NCBI GenBank assembly: GCA_029861845.1 | Contig: JAOTYM010000006.1 | Coordinates: 2,710 to 66,709, forward strand | Length of the DNA stretch: 64,000 nucleotides | From: Gammaproteobacteria bacterium | GTDB lineage: Bacteria; Pseudomonadota; Gammaproteobacteria; Acidiferrobacterales; SPGG2 | Reading direction: 5' to 3' | Shown: positions 34,807-45,815 of the stretch, piece after piece | Layout: each line of letters starts with the position of its first letter | How positions within the stretch are numbered: the first letter of the stretch is position 1 | Translations under genes and position numbers: made by a program | The notes under the pieces: model-generated | Told to the model about the DNA's origin: nothing | Databases searched by the model: none | What the model saw: only the letters and a program-made list of their open reading frames with translations

Positions 34807-37800
34807 TCAGTCAACAGGCTCACGCACCAACAGCTGATCGATGTTCTTGAAGAGATCATCCTCGTGGTAGGGTTTGCTCATATACAAGTTGACACCCAAC
34901 TCAAAAGCACGCTGCCGGTGCTTCTCACCCGCGCGTGATGTAATTATTATTATCGGAATGTGCTCTAGTCGAGCATCGGCACGTATACGAGACGTAAGTT
35001 CATAGCCATCCATTCGCGGCATTTCGATATCTATAAGCATGATATCTACAATGTGTTCCTGAAGTTGCTCAAGTGCATCCTGGCCATCTTTCGCTGTCAG
35101 TACCTCCATGCCACGTTTCTGCAGATGCTTACCCGTCACCTTACGCACCGTCAGCGAGTCATCCACAACCATGATAACCGGATATCGTTTACTGGATCGC
35201 GCTGCAACTTCAGGCTCTGGCGCATGTTCGACTTGCATAGCATCGCCGGTAAGCCACAGGCCGGCAATATCGAGAATCAGCAGCACTTTACCGTCACCCA
35301 ATATCGTCGCGCCGGCGAGTTCCTTGAGCTCACTAAGTTGCGGTCCAAGTGTCTTAACCACAATTTCTTTAGTGCCCGCAAACCCGTCTACCTGAATCGC
35401 TACTTCTCGAGTACCAATTTTAGCTAACAATACCGGCACCTTGGCTCCATTGCGGGGAGAAGAAATCCCGAGACGCGTACCGACATGCATAAAGGCATAG
35501 ACCTGATCGTTATAGCTCAATAGTGGTTTCTTGCCCAAAGAGATGTTCAGTTGTTCAGCTGGGACTTCGAGGATATTCATGATTGCTGACAGCGGCACGG
35601 CAAAGAACTGCTCGCCAACATGCACCAGTAGCGCTTGCATGATAGACAAAGTGACCGGCAGGTGGATGGTAAACGTGGTGCCCTGACCAGGAACCGTGGC
35701 CACCGATATGTTGCCGCCCAGTTGCTTGACTTCATTCTCCACTACATCCATACCGACCCCTCGCCCCGAAAGATGGGTCACTTCGCGCGCAGTGGAGAAT
35801 CCGGAAACCAGGATGAATTGGATCAATTCATCGTCTGGTAAGTCTTTATCTTCGCTCATGAGTCCATTAGCAATAGCATGGCGGCGAATCGCATCGATAT
35901 TTAGTCCAGCACCGTCGTCGGAGAAACGGATGGCGATGTCTGTTCCCTCATTTCTCGTATCGATGGTAATGCGCCCAACCGCTGGCTTGCCGGCTTGTTG
36001 ACGCTCTGCTGCGCTTTCTATGCCATGATCGAGCGAGTTTCTTATCATATGTTCAAATGGCCCCATCATTCGCTCGAGTACGTTTCTATCAACGTCAACA
36101 TCCGTTCCCGTTATCTGTAACTCAGCACGCTTGTCCAGTTCACGCGCGGTTTGGCGCGTCATGTGTCTAAGCCTGGCCGATTGGGTCGAAAACGCAATCG
36201 TGCGTGTGCGCATCAGCCCTTCTTGCAAACTGGTGTTAATCCGTGCCTGCTGCTGCAGTACTGTTTCGGCCTCGCCGGCAAATGTGTGAAGGTTGGTCTG
36301 AATCTGGGACAGATCGTGCAAGCTTTCGGTCAGACCGCGTGACAGTTGCTGCAACCGGGAATATCGATCGAGTTCGAGTGGATCAAATCCTGAACTCGGC
36401 GCCACTTCGTCGGCCTGCTCAGTCTTATAAAGAATCTGCGACTCAGACTGGATCTCCAGTTCCCGTAGCTGTTCACGAAAACGTACAACGTTGCGGTTCA
36501 GTTCGCCGAGGTTGTCGCGAAAACCGTAGATCTGTTGCTCCATTCGCGATCGCGCTATGGTTACCTCGCTGGCGTCGTTCACAAGGTCGGTAAGAACAGC
36601 CGTTCGCACTCTAACCTGTCCGCGCCGATCTCTCCTTGCGCGTGTCGCCTCCGCTGGGTCATCGTCGCGGGACCTGCGCTCGACGTGTTGCCACGGAAGG
36701 GCGCTGTCGTCAGACGATGACACCGACTCGGCAGAGCTTAGATCTTCAACCGGCATTGCTGCCACTGCGTCAGCCGCTTTCGGTTGGTCTTCGGTCGGCG
36801 TTGCCACTTGATTGTCGGCGAGTGTCTCACCCGCCAGCATGCGCTCAATCTTGTGGTTAAGCTTATCTACACTCGACAAAGGCTGCGCATGACGTATTTG
36901 ATCGAGGTGCGTGACCAGGGTGTCGTGTACTTCGTCGAGCAGATCGAATAATTTTGGAGTCGGCGCTATTTGGTCTTCCTCGACATGTCTCAACAGATCC
37001 TCCGCCGCGTGCGCCAAATTACCGACAACCATCGCACTTGCCATCCGTGCGCCACCTTTTAGGGTGTGCAAGGCGCGCTTCATATCTTCGACCGCCTGTA
37101 CTTGAGCTTGATCGGCGCGCCATTGCGTTAACGATTCCTCGACCGCCGCCAGAAGGTCCGTCGCCTCTTCCAAGAAAACATCGACAAGCTCCGCATCAAT
37201 ATCCTCGTCGATGATTCCAGCCGGTGCAGGCGTCGGTTTTGGCGGCACACTCGGTTTGCGGCGCTCAACAATTCGAGGGGCTGCTTCAGGTTGGGCTGGC
37301 GCTGCCGCTTTAGGTTCTTCGGAAGACTCGGGTACCGGTAGGCGTATCATCTCATTGCGCGCACGTCGACTAAATGCTTGAAATCGATCGCGCACCTCGC
37401 GGGCTGTGGTCGCGGACTCATCATTGAGGTGGGTCAACAAACTACTTATACACACCACCAATTCATCCAGCAGCACCAGGTTGGGCCGCTCCAACGGATG
37501 TCGTGCCTCATCCAGCGTTCGCAGTACCCGCTCCATTTCGCCGCAGGCCTCCGACATCGAACGTAGGCCGACCGAATGCGCGCCGCCGTGCAGTGTGTGG
37601 ACCGCAAGCATTAGATTCCGCGACACCATGCCGCTGCCACCGGCCTCCCGACACGTCGCGATCTCCTGTTGTACCGTACGCAGGTGTCCCTCTGTCTCAT
37701 TCATAAAGATCTGCCGCAGAGTCGGCTCAAGCCCAGGGACGATGGACTCGACCTCCGGACTGGGCGCGGTTTCACTCGGGACAACTTCGACAACGGTTAC

Positions 37801-40662
37801 CTCACTGGAGGTGGGCTCGCTCGGCGTAGGCTCGTCGATGGCCACTTCGTCAGGTGTGGGCGTTGGTGCTGCGGTCTTCGGCGCCGGTGCTGCCACCGGA
37901 AGCTCACCGCTTGCGAGCGCGTGCGCGCGCTGACGTAAAGATTCAATGTCCTCACTCGGCGCAGCGCCACCTTCCAAATGATCCACCATTGACGGCAGCA
38001 CGTCGGTAACCTTGGCCACCAGATCAAGAACCGCGTCGGAATGGGTAATCTTACCGTCACGAACCTTGTTTAAGAGATTTTCGACCGCCCAGCCAAGTTC
38101 AGCTATGTCCGAAGCACCGACCATTCGACCGCTGCCTTTGAACGTATGGAAACCCCGCCTGACCTCTGCCAACGCGTCGGCGTTGCTGGGATCGTTACCC
38201 CAGACCGGGAGTTGCTTGTTTATAGTCTGCAATACCTCACGCGCCTCTTCGGTAAAGATCTCGAGCAATTCCGGGTCGAGGGCTGGTTCCGGCGCGGCGG
38301 CGGCTGGGGGTGGTGAGGGCTCTACCGTTGGGGTTGAAGGCGGCTCGGGTGCTGGTATCTCGGCTTCGATCTCTGCGACGGCCGGCCCAGTGTCATCCGC
38401 CGTGGGTGCCTCAACCGGTTCAGACACCATCTCGATTTCGTCAACCGGTGATGTCGCCACCGGTTCATTAGCGGCGACTGCGGTCGGCGCCATATCGGCC
38501 GCGACCTCGGTGAGCTCAGCCGCCGTGGCCTCAGCAATCTGCGAAAGATCAGCCGTTTCAGCATCACTTGCCGCAGCCGGGACAGCGCTGACGGGCTCGG
38601 TCGTTACTGGTGCTTGTCCCGCATCGAAAACCAGATGTTCATACGCAAGCGCCGCTAACGCATCCACCGAGCGCTTAAGGGTTTCGCTGATTTCACCAGA
38701 GAACTGGCTTGGGTCCTCAGCCAAGATTGACACCAAGGTGCCGGTTTCTGTACTGATCCGTTCAATCTTTTCGTGCCCCTGGGCCTGTGCAAGTACGCTG
38801 ATGTGCTCGAGGCGTTGTTGTAATGCGTCTGCCGTTTCTCGGTTGGCTGGATCTGCAATCCATAGATTCAGACTGCTTTGGATATCCTCGATCAGCGTAC
38901 TCGGATCGAGCTCGCGCGCCTTGGCCGCTGCGATCGCCATGTCCATGTCGTTGATGGCCGCATCCATCAGATCGTCGATGTCTGCGCGACCTAATTGCAG
39001 ACCCTCCGCATGAGCAGATAGGGTACCAACGCACACGGCCAGGGCATCCATCACCGCATGATTGGGTGTTAGCGTGCCGGCGCGAATCTCGTCGAGGCGA
39101 GCGCCGACGACCTCGGCAAGTTCTAGCGCCCGCGTCTCACCCAGGATCTGCAAGGCGCCATGGATCTGGCCCATGTGGTCCGCAATCTCGGCCAGAGGGC
39201 TGAGGTCGGTCGTATCGGCGGCAAACGTCTCGACCGCTTCCTCGACCTTGGTCAGGTTAATGCGAATTTCACTGGCGACAACCCCCAACAGTTCGCCAAA
39301 CTCGGTATCCGACACCTCCGACACTTCAATACCATCAACGTCGGGAACTTCGCCACCATCTGCTTCAAGCAGGCCATGTAACGCCTTGGTCCAGTCTTCA
39401 ATCTTCGATTTCCAGTTTGGCGACCAGATGTCACGCGCACAGTTCTCAACCAACAACAGCGCATGTGCCATGCGCATAGACACTTCTTCGGATGCCTCAA
39501 GCTTACCGTCTACCACCGCCCCGGCAACGCCGTGCAGTTCATCGACCAATCGCTTAAGGGTGGGAATGCCTAAGAGATCCATCGTGCTCGACATCTTGTG
39601 AAGCAAGTCGAGTAGTGGCTCAAGTGATGTAACGTCTTCCTGATCAGGATCGAAGTAAGCTGCCAGTAGCTCTTGCGCGGATTGCGTCTCCTGCCCCAGC
39701 GCCGCGGATACCGAACGAATCGTATCCGCTTCCGGCACCTCGGTCTGCCCATCCTCACTGACCGCCCAGCCCAACAGCGTATCAAGATCGAATGCGCGGC
39801 GTAGCTGGGCAACTTTCGGTCCGTCGGACTTAGCTGCGCCAAGTTGAAACAACATGGCTTTAACAAGCGACTCCGAAGTATTTCGCAACACGCTTTTTTC
39901 GGTGCCGTCTATCAGTTTCTTTATTTGCTGGTCGAGTCGGGCGACAAGTTTTTTTCGTTCGTCTGTCGCATCCAGCCCGTTCGCACCTAACGCCTCAAGC
40001 AATCCGCTCGCGACCCAAAATAACTGTTCGACCACACCGATTGGGCTGTAGTGCTCAAGCTCCGCCACCGTGGCTGCAATCGATTCCAGTGAGTTCGCGT
40101 CACTGGTGTCACGCAGCCAGCTGAGCAGACCAACTTGAAACTGTGGTCGCAGCTTTTGTGCCAGCTCGGCGTACTCGGGTTCACCAAGCTTCGATTCGTC
40201 ATCATCGTGAGGTGGTGGTCGAACGGACAAATCAGGCGTGAATAGCTGATCCTCGGAAACACGCTCAGCCTTGCGCGCATCGCGAAACTCATTGATGGTC
40301 GGGAGCAACCGCAGCGGCGCGTCCACCTGGCCAAATTGCAACCCACCGAGATAATCAGGGAGCAGCAACATGGCGCGTGTGAGCAGTTCGAACAGTTTTT
40401 CATCTGCTTTGATCTTTTCTTCTAGGATATCCTCAGCCAGTGTCTCCGCTTCCTGGGCTAACAACGCCGCACCATCGAGCTCGACCATCTGCAGGGTACC
40501 GACAACTTGGTGTAGGTGGGTGACGCAGAAGCGCAGACGGGTATCGTCAGAGGGATTATCGACGAATGACTCAAGCGCGAGGTTCGCTCGCTTCAAGCTC
40601 TCTTCGATTTCGGCTTTGACCCAACCGAGAGTGTTCGGGTCAATTTGACTACTCGTACTCAT
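34807..40662 (-). CDS. chpA: ChpA/PilL hybrid CheA-type histidine kinase (multiple Hpt domains, kinase core, CheW domain, C-terminal receiver)
   Basis: 1951 aa. Three canonical Hpt motifs ('HTFKGSGRM', 'HTLHGGAHS', 'HTLKGGARM') plus degenerate ones. HATPase blocks 'HMIRNSLDHGIE', 'DDGAGL', 'GRGVGMDVV'. C-terminal REC: 'VIMVVDDSLTVRK...MDGYELT'. Confidence 0.92.
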   Translation of the reverse strand: MSTSSQIDPNTLGWVKAEIEESLKRANLALESFVDNPSDDTRLRFCVTHLHQVVGTLQMVELDGAALLAQEAETLAEDILEEKIKADEKLFELLTRAMLLLPDYLGGLQFGQVDAPLRLLPTINEFRDARKAERVSEDQLFTPDLSVRPPPHDDDESKLGEPEYAELAQKLRPQFQVGLLSWLRDTSDANSLESIAATVAELEHYSPIGVVEQLFWVASGLLEALGANGLDATDERKKLVARLDQQIKKLIDGTEKSVLRNTSESLVKAMLFQLGAAKSDGPKVAQLRRAFDLDTLLGWAVSEDGQTEVPEADTIRSVSAALGQETQSAQELLAAYFDPDQEDVTSLEPLLDLLHKMSSTMDLLGIPTLKRLVDELHGVAGAVVDGKLEASEEVSMRMAHALLLVENCARDIWSPNWKSKIEDWTKALHGLLEADGGEVPDVDGIEVSEVSDTEFGELLGVVASEIRINLTKVEEAVETFAADTTDLSPLAEIADHMGQIHGALQILGETRALELAEVVGARLDEIRAGTLTPNHAVMDALAVCVGTLSAHAEGLQLGRADIDDLMDAAINDMDMAIAAAKARELDPSTLIEDIQSSLNLWIADPANRETADALQQRLEHISVLAQAQGHEKIERISTETGTLVSILAEDPSQFSGEISETLKRSVDALAALAYEHLVFDAGQAPVTTEPVSAVPAAASDAETADLSQIAEATAAELTEVAADMAPTAVAANEPVATSPVDEIEMVSEPVEAPTADDTGPAVAEIEAEIPAPEPPSTPTVEPSPPPAAAAPEPALDPELLEIFTEEAREVLQTINKQLPVWGNDPSNADALAEVRRGFHTFKGSGRMVGASDIAELGWAVENLLNKVRDGKITHSDAVLDLVAKVTDVLPSMVDHLEGGAAPSEDIESLRQRAHALASGELPVAAPAPKTAAPTPTPDEVAIDEPTPSEPTSSEVTVVEVVPSETAPSPEVESIVPGLEPTLRQIFMNETEGHLRTVQQEIATCREAGGSGMVSRNLMLAVHTLHGGAHSVGLRSMSEACGEMERVLRTLDEARHPLERPNLVLLDELVVCISSLLTHLNDESATTAREVRDRFQAFSRRARNEMIRLPVPESSEEPKAAAPAQPEAAPRIVERRKPSVPPKPTPAPAGIIDEDIDAELVDVFLEEATDLLAAVEESLTQWRADQAQVQAVEDMKRALHTLKGGARMASAMVVGNLAHAAEDLLRHVEEDQIAPTPKLFDLLDEVHDTLVTHLDQIRHAQPLSSVDKLNHKIERMLAGETLADNQVATPTEDQPKAADAVAAMPVEDLSSAESVSSSDDSALPWQHVERRSRDDDPAEATRARRDRRGQVRVRTAVLTDLVNDASEVTIARSRMEQQIYGFRDNLGELNRNVVRFREQLRELEIQSESQILYKTEQADEVAPSSGFDPLELDRYSRLQQLSRGLTESLHDLSQIQTNLHTFAGEAETVLQQQARINTSLQEGLMRTRTIAFSTQSARLRHMTRQTARELDKRAELQITGTDVDVDRNVLERMMGPFEHMIRNSLDHGIESAAERQQAGKPAVGRITIDTRNEGTDIAIRFSDDGAGLNIDAIRRHAIANGLMSEDKDLPDDELIQFILVSGFSTAREVTHLSGRGVGMDVVENEVKQLGGNISVATVPGQGTTFTIHLPVTLSIMQALLVHVGEQFFAVPLSAIMNILEVPAEQLNISLGKKPLLSYNDQVYAFMHVGTRLGISSPRNGAKVPVLLAKIGTREVAIQVDGFAGTKEIVVKTLGPQLSELKELAGATILGDGKVLLILDIAGLWLTGDAMQVEHAPEPEVAARSSKRYPVIMVVDDSLTVRKVTGKHLQKRGMEVLTAKDGQDALEQLQEHIVDIMLIDIEMPRMDGYELTSRIRADARLEHIPIIIITSRAGEKHRQRAFELGVNLYMSKPYHEDDLFKNIDQLLVREPVD

Positions 40663-40758
40663 AGAAAACCATTAAGCGCTCGCGCCATATACCGTTGTAC
40701 CGATCGGCGTTGCCTCCACCGCTTCAAACGACGGCGCTTGGTGCGCCATGTGATTGTC

Positions 40759-42909
40759 TCAAGCGGGCAACTTGAAGCCTGCTACTGAGGCTTGTAGTTC
40801 GCGCGCAAGGTCGGAAAGTTTACCGATAGATTCGGCCGTCTGCCGGGTACCCGACGAGGTCAAGGTTGTGGTTTCGCTGATCTGAGCCATGCTTCCCGAT
40901 ACGGTTGTTGCAGTTTCAGACTGTTCAAGTGCGTCGCGCGCAATCTTTACAATAAGATCCGACAACTGCTCGGAAACCGACTCGATCTCACCCAGTGATT
41001 GACCGGCAGTATCTGCCAGCCGCGTCGCCTCGACCACGCCGTTGGTCGCTTGCTCCATCGACGCCACCGCCTCATTCGTATCAGTTTGAATCGTTTTCAC
41101 GAGACCGGAGATCTGTTTGGTCGCTTCACCAGAACGTTCCGCGAGACGCTGCACTTCGTCGGCCACGACTGCGAACCCACGCCCTGCTTCACCGGCCATG
41201 GCGGCCTGGATCGCAGCATTCAACGACAGGATGTTCGTCTGTTCGGCGATATCGTTGATAAGCTCGAGAATCTCACCGATCTGTTGCGAGCTTTCACCAA
41301 GACGCTTGATGCGCTTCGCGGTCTCTTGTATTTGCTCGCGCATCTCGTCCATACCGCGAATCGTGTTTTGCACCGCCTCAGAGCCCCGTTTCGCGGTGGC
41401 CACTGAACCCTGCGCAACCTCGGCTGAATTTTCCGCGCTTTGCGACATGCCTTGCATAGACGTGGCCATCTCCATGACCCGGTCCGTGGTTTCGGTAATT
41501 TGCGCCGCCTGCTTCAGCGTTGCCTCCGTAAGCTCGGTTGCCGTTTGTCGGCTGCGCTCTGACTCGATCGCCACCTGTTGCGCTGCATTCTTGATACGAT
41601 ACACAAGGCTGCGCATCTCCTTCACAGCAAAGTTGATCGAATCCGCAATAGCGCCGGTGATCTGTTCCGTAACTTCAGGCTGAATCGTCAGGTCGCCATC
41701 GGCAAGGTCACCCATTTCGTCAAGCAACTTGAGAATGGCATCCTGGGTCGTGCGGTTCTGTTCGGCATTGGCATGGGCGCGACCTTTTTCATCGCTGAGG
41801 AACTTCCAGCCCATCAAACCAAAGAAAACAAAACCCAAAGCTGCCAGACCGATAGTCAGAGGGGTCAGCCACCTGCGTGATTCTGCCAGCGACGTATATT
41901 CACCGACCAGGTCTTTGGTCTTCGCCAGCATTACATTGCTCGATTTGAACACGGCGGCACTGGCCTGTTGTGCGGCAATGTGTTGATCCGAGCTCGCCAA
42001 TATGCCATCCACCCGCGACGCCATCTCTGTAAACACTTCGCTCGCCCGCCTGAGGCTCGCCTTTACAGCCGGCGGTGCCGCTTGGTTCAATCTTGTTAAC
42101 GTAAACCCATAAAGCTCGGTATTCTCGGACAAGTTCGAGGCGGCATCCAAGGCATGATGGGCATGGATGTCGCCGGCCACAAAAAGCTGCACGTCCTGTT
42201 TGATAAGCTCACTTAGAAATCTCTGTTGGTAAGCGAGCTGCTCATTCCGCGCCAGGCTGGCGTCACTCGCCGCCATGGCAATTTCGTCTGAGGCATCCCA
42301 CAGGTCATCGGCCAACACAGCGATTGCATCGGCGTTCTCTTTCATCATTAGCATGCCGTTTTGATGCTTGAGGACCCTATCTACGTTGGCACGAATGCCG
42401 TTATTCCCGGACCAAAGGTCTGCGACGGCGTTCAAGGCAGGCTTGACGCTATTGGGGCTGGGCGGAATTCCGAGCTTGCCATCGCCGTTCTTGAGTGCGT
42501 TGACGATAGCCTCAAACTGACCACGAGACGTCTTCAACGTTGTGAATGCAACGTGTTCTCCGTGCATGGCTTCGCGGGCATCCCTGGCCAACCGCTGCGA
42601 TAACATCAGCAATTGACTCGACTGCCCAACGTACTTTGCGGTTTTGTCGGCTTCTTTGCTGACGTAAAAAAGCAACCAACCAGCCGCAATGATCGACAAA
42701 ACCAGGCAGACGCCCAATACCGGCAAGACACTTGACGGTATGCTGGCAAGCAGCGATAAGCCGAGCGCTTTTCGTGGACCCTCGTCGATGTCAACGTATT
42801 CGCCGGTCTCGTCTATACGAATCTCTTCGGCAGATAGATCGACAACATCCTCCGAAGGTTGTTCTAGCGCAGCGCTTGTATCTGCGCGGGGTAGTTTTAC
42901 GATTGCCAT
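40759..42909 (-). CDS. pilJ: Methyl-accepting chemotaxis protein PilJ
   Basis: 716 aa with two TM segments flanking a large periplasmic domain. The highly conserved MCP signalling hairpin reads '[40 protein letters not shown]'. Confidence 0.9.
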   Translation of the reverse strand: MAIVKLPRADTSAALEQPSEDVVDLSAEEIRIDETGEYVDIDEGPRKALGLSLLASIPSSVLPVLGVCLVLSIIAAGWLLFYVSKEADKTAKYVGQSSQLLMLSQRLARDAREAMHGEHVAFTTLKTSRGQFEAIVNALKNGDGKLGIPPSPNSVKPALNAVADLWSGNNGIRANVDRVLKHQNGMLMMKENADAIAVLADDLWDASDEIAMAASDASLARNEQLAYQQRFLSELIKQDVQLFVAGDIHAHHALDAASNLSENTELYGFTLTRLNQAAPPAVKASLRRASEVFTEMASRVDGILASSDQHIAAQQASAAVFKSSNVMLAKTKDLVGEYTSLAESRRWLTPLTIGLAALGFVFFGLMGWKFLSDEKGRAHANAEQNRTTQDAILKLLDEMGDLADGDLTIQPEVTEQITGAIADSINFAVKEMRSLVYRIKNAAQQVAIESERSRQTATELTEATLKQAAQITETTDRVMEMATSMQGMSQSAENSAEVAQGSVATAKRGSEAVQNTIRGMDEMREQIQETAKRIKRLGESSQQIGEILELINDIAEQTNILSLNAAIQAAMAGEAGRGFAVVADEVQRLAERSGEATKQISGLVKTIQTDTNEAVASMEQATNGVVEATRLADTAGQSLGEIESVSEQLSDLIVKIARDALEQSETATTVSGSMAQISETTTLTSSGTRQTAESIGKLSDLARELQASVAGFKLPA

Positions 42910-43005
42910 AATTTAAACCTCGTCTCCAACGAGACCTAGGAATGTTGAAGGACTCTTCTGTCTAGCTCCATAACAAGTGTTAGTGTATCCTCGCCATTCA
43001 CCACG

Positions 43006-43554
43006 CTATGCGGCAACGTGCATAAAGCTGCTGCTAGCCGCTAATGAGTGCATATCGAATACGCCCCAAAGTACCTTCTCGCGCAGCAGTACGCCGCGCA
43101 AATAAGGTACCACCGGATCGTCAAGATTCGATGTGTTTTGACGCTCCTCTGTTTCATCGAAATGACGCAAACCTAACACCTCGTCCACCAACACGGCAGC
43201 ATTTAAGCCATCGACATTCATGACTAACAGTCGCGCTTGGTCATCCTCGAATACCGGCCCTTTACCAAAGAACTCGGGCAAATCAATTATCGTAAGCAGG
43301 TTACCGCGAACATTGGCGATTCCCTTTATCCACGACTTGGTCCCCGGCACCGGTGTTATCACCGGATAAGGCAGTACCTCTACCACATGCGCAATGGGCG
43401 TCACCAGGTGGAGGTCGCCTAGCCGAAATCCAACTCCGGTCCACAGCGAAGGACCCTCGTTTTCCTCGGGGAGCGTCGGTGCACTCTCCAGAGTCGCCCG
43501 CTCCATTTTACGAAGCAGCGACAGCGGATCCTGGGCAGACACGTGCATGATCAT
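43006..43554 (-). CDS. pilI: CheW-like protein PilI
   Basis: 182 aa CheW-domain protein ('GVGFRLGDLHLVTPIAHVVEVL', 'IANVRGNLLTIIDL'). Its start overlaps the pilH stop. Confidence 0.85.
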   Translation of the reverse strand: MIMHVSAQDPLSLLRKMERATLESAPTLPEENEGPSLWTGVGFRLGDLHLVTPIAHVVEVLPYPVITPVPGTKSWIKGIANVRGNLLTIIDLPEFFGKGPVFEDDQARLLVMNVDGLNAAVLVDEVLGLRHFDETEERQNTSNLDDPVVPYLRGVLLREKVLWGVFDMHSLAASSSFMHVAA

Positions 43555-43913
43555 AGCGCCTTGATCTTGGCCATTAACTCCTTCTCGGTAATAGGTTTAA
43601 CAATGTAATCTTTCGCGCCCTGGCGCAGTCCCCAAGCCTTGTCAGTTTCTTGGCCTTTCGAAGAACACAGAATAACTGGAATGTTCGACGTATCGGGATC
43701 CTTAGTGATCGCCCGCGTCGCCTGAAAACCATTCAGGCCGGGCATCACTATATCCATCAATATAAGGTCCGGCTTTTCAGCCTTGGCCTTATCCACGGCT
43801 TCTTGTCCACTATTCGCGACGGTAGTGGTATAGCCGAGCTTACCCAGCATTTCTGTCAGCACGTGCTGTTCGGTTGGCGAGTCATCGACGATAAGTACTG
43901 TATTGATTGCCAT
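43551..43913 (-). CDS. pilH: CheY-like response regulator PilH
   Basis: 120 aa single REC domain ('VLIVDDSPTE', 'DLILMDIVMPGLNG', 'KP'). Confidence 0.88.
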   Translation of the reverse strand: MAINTVLIVDDSPTEQHVLTEMLGKLGYTTTVANSGQEAVDKAKAEKPDLILMDIVMPGLNGFQATRAITKDPDTSNIPVILCSSKGQETDKAWGLRQGAKDYIVKPITEKELMAKIKAL

Positions 43914-43959
43914 ATGCCTAATCTAACTCTGAGTTCTGTCCTTCGAATGCACCTGTCCG

Positions 43960-44325
43960 CTAGTGCACATACTTGTTGATAACCCCGATCAAGTCCTCTT
44001 GCGTAAACGGCTTATTGACGTGTTCCTGCGAACCGGCAATGCGGCCACGCGCCCGGTCGAATAACCCGTCTTTGCTAGAAAGCATAATGACCGGTGTACC
44101 CTTGAACTGCTTATTATTCTTAATCAATCGGCAGGTCTGATAGCCATCGAGACGCGGCATCATGATATCGACAAAAATGATGTCCGGTCGGTGATCGGTA
44201 ATGACCGACATCGCCTCGAAACCGTCTCCCGCCGTAAGCACCTCGTAACCCGCTTTTCTTAGCAATGCTTCCGCGGTTCGACGAATCGTATTGCTATCGT
44301 CGATAATCATCACCTTGATACCCAC
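43960..44325 (-). CDS. pilG: CheY-like response regulator PilG
   Basis: 121 aa. 'KVMIIDDSNTIRRTAE..LL' and 'IIFVDIMMPRLDGYQTCRLIKNN..FK.TPVIMLSSKDGLFD' are almost identical to P. aeruginosa PilG as I remember it. Confidence 0.88.
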   Translation of the reverse strand: MGIKVMIIDDSNTIRRTAEALLRKAGYEVLTAGDGFEAMSVITDHRPDIIFVDIMMPRLDGYQTCRLIKNNKQFKGTPVIMLSSKDGLFDRARGRIAGSQEHVNKPFTQEDLIGVINKYVH

Positions 44326-44725
44326 ACGAATTACCCTCTTCGACCCACCAAAACGAACGCGCCAGCGAACGCCAGGCAGGCTGAACGCTTTGAATGTAAA
44401 TTCTCCATTTTGCCTTATAGGCTAATGATTTGTTAGCATAAATCCTGCTTGAAATCCATGATTCGACGACCCACGGGCAGACCGCTGGTCAGCGCCGAAA
44501 CCCCTTATGCTTAAATATAGACAACGACTACGTACTTGGTTGTGGGCGACGGCAGAAACCGGCGAATCCCCGCTGGCCTCACCTAATGAATAATTGCAGA
44601 AAACATGCCAAAGTGATGTTTTTTTGGCCTTGGCTGGCCGAGATTTACGCTTTGGCTGCATCGCCTTGGATGACTATCGTCGCGTCTCGACGATCGGCGA
44701 GCAATACGACTAGCGACCAATGCCT

Positions 44726-45682
44726 ATGATCAAAATCGGCGTTGTAATGGATCCCATCGGATCTATTTATGCCTATAAAGATACCACCCTCGCCTTATTG
44801 CTAGAGGCACAGCGGCGGGGCTGGGACCTGCATTATATGGAGCAAAACCATCTATTTCTGCGTGACGGCAAGAGTTTCGCCCATATGTATGCGCTTCGCG
44901 TCAAGGACGATAACGCCGATTGGTTTGAGCTCGGACACCCAAGTACGCAACCGCTATCCTTGCTCGACGTCATTTTGATGCGAAAAGACCCACCCTTCGA
45001 CATGGAGTATGTCTACACCACCTACTTGCTTGAACAGGCGGAGCAAGCGGGTGTGTTGGTGGTGAACAAACCCCAGAGCCTGCGAGACGCCAACGAAAAG
45101 ATGTTTACCGCGTGGTTTCCACAGTGCCTGCCTCCCACCTTGGTTACCCGCCAGGCTGCCCAGATACGGCAGTTCCTGGACGAACACGGAGATATCATCC
45201 TCAAACCGCTGGCGGGTATGGGCGGCACCGCCGTATTTCGGCTGCGTCAGGACGATCCCAATGTTGGGGTGGTGCTTGAGACCCTAACTGCCCACGAAAG
45301 CCGCTTCGCCATGGCCCAGCGCTTCGTGCCCGAGATTATCGACGGTGACAAACGTATACTACTAGTAGATGGGGAGGCCATCCCCTACGGTCTGGCGCGG
45401 ATGCCGCCGCCAGGGGAAACACGGGCCAATCTGGCAGTCGGCGGTAAGGGACACGGTATCGCGCTCAGCGATCGCGACCGATGGATTTGCGAGCAAGTGG
45501 CTAGTACCCTGAAAGAAAAAGGATTATTGCTCGTGGGCCTCGACATAATCGGGGACTATCTGACTGAAATCAATGTAACCAGTCCGACCTGTATCCGCGA
45601 GATCGACGCAATATATGACATCAATATAAGCGCCAAGCTGATGGACTGTATCGCCGCCCGGTTACAGGCCCCGAGCAGCTGA
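44726..45682 (+). CDS. gshB: Glutathione synthetase
   Basis: 'MIKIGVVMDPI', 'ILMRKDPPFD', 'VVNKPQSLRDANEKMFTAWF' and 'LTEINVTSPTCIREI' closely track E. coli GshB. The track start at 44720 adds two residues. Confidence 0.92.
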   Translation: MIKIGVVMDPIGSIYAYKDTTLALLLEAQRRGWDLHYMEQNHLFLRDGKSFAHMYALRVKDDNADWFELGHPSTQPLSLLDVILMRKDPPFDMEYVYTTYLLEQAEQAGVLVVNKPQSLRDANEKMFTAWFPQCLPPTLVTRQAAQIRQFLDEHGDIILKPLAGMGGTAVFRLRQDDPNVGVVLETLTAHESRFAMAQRFVPEIIDGDKRILLVDGEAIPYGLARMPPPGETRANLAVGGKGHGIALSDRDRWICEQVASTLKEKGLLLVGLDIIGDYLTEINVTSPTCIREIDAIYDINISAKLMDCIAARLQAPSS

Positions 45683-45815
45683 AAAAGCCCTTGAAGATTA
45701 TATAATTAGATTATGGGGGCGGGTTGGGATCGTTGGCAACCGATGCGAGGCCCCAAGGTCGTACGATTAACTTATAGACATGGCCTATTATTGGCTCGGT
45801 TGACAAATATCGGCA

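Noticed and set aside
38012-39013. 333-aa + strand ORF, plus many other 60-180-aa + strand ORFs between 35000 and 40650.
   Set aside because: They lie antisense to the well-supported 1951-aa chpA gene. They translate to low-complexity Ser/Ala/Arg-rich sequence typical of shadow ORFs in GC-rich coding DNA, and they have no start context or domain features.
40663-40758. 25-codon ORF (MAHQAPSFEAVEATPIGTTVYGASA) in the pilJ-chpA gap, where pilK would be.
   Set aside because: It is too short and has no SD or similarity to CheR. It is probably a chance ORF in the intergenic spacer.
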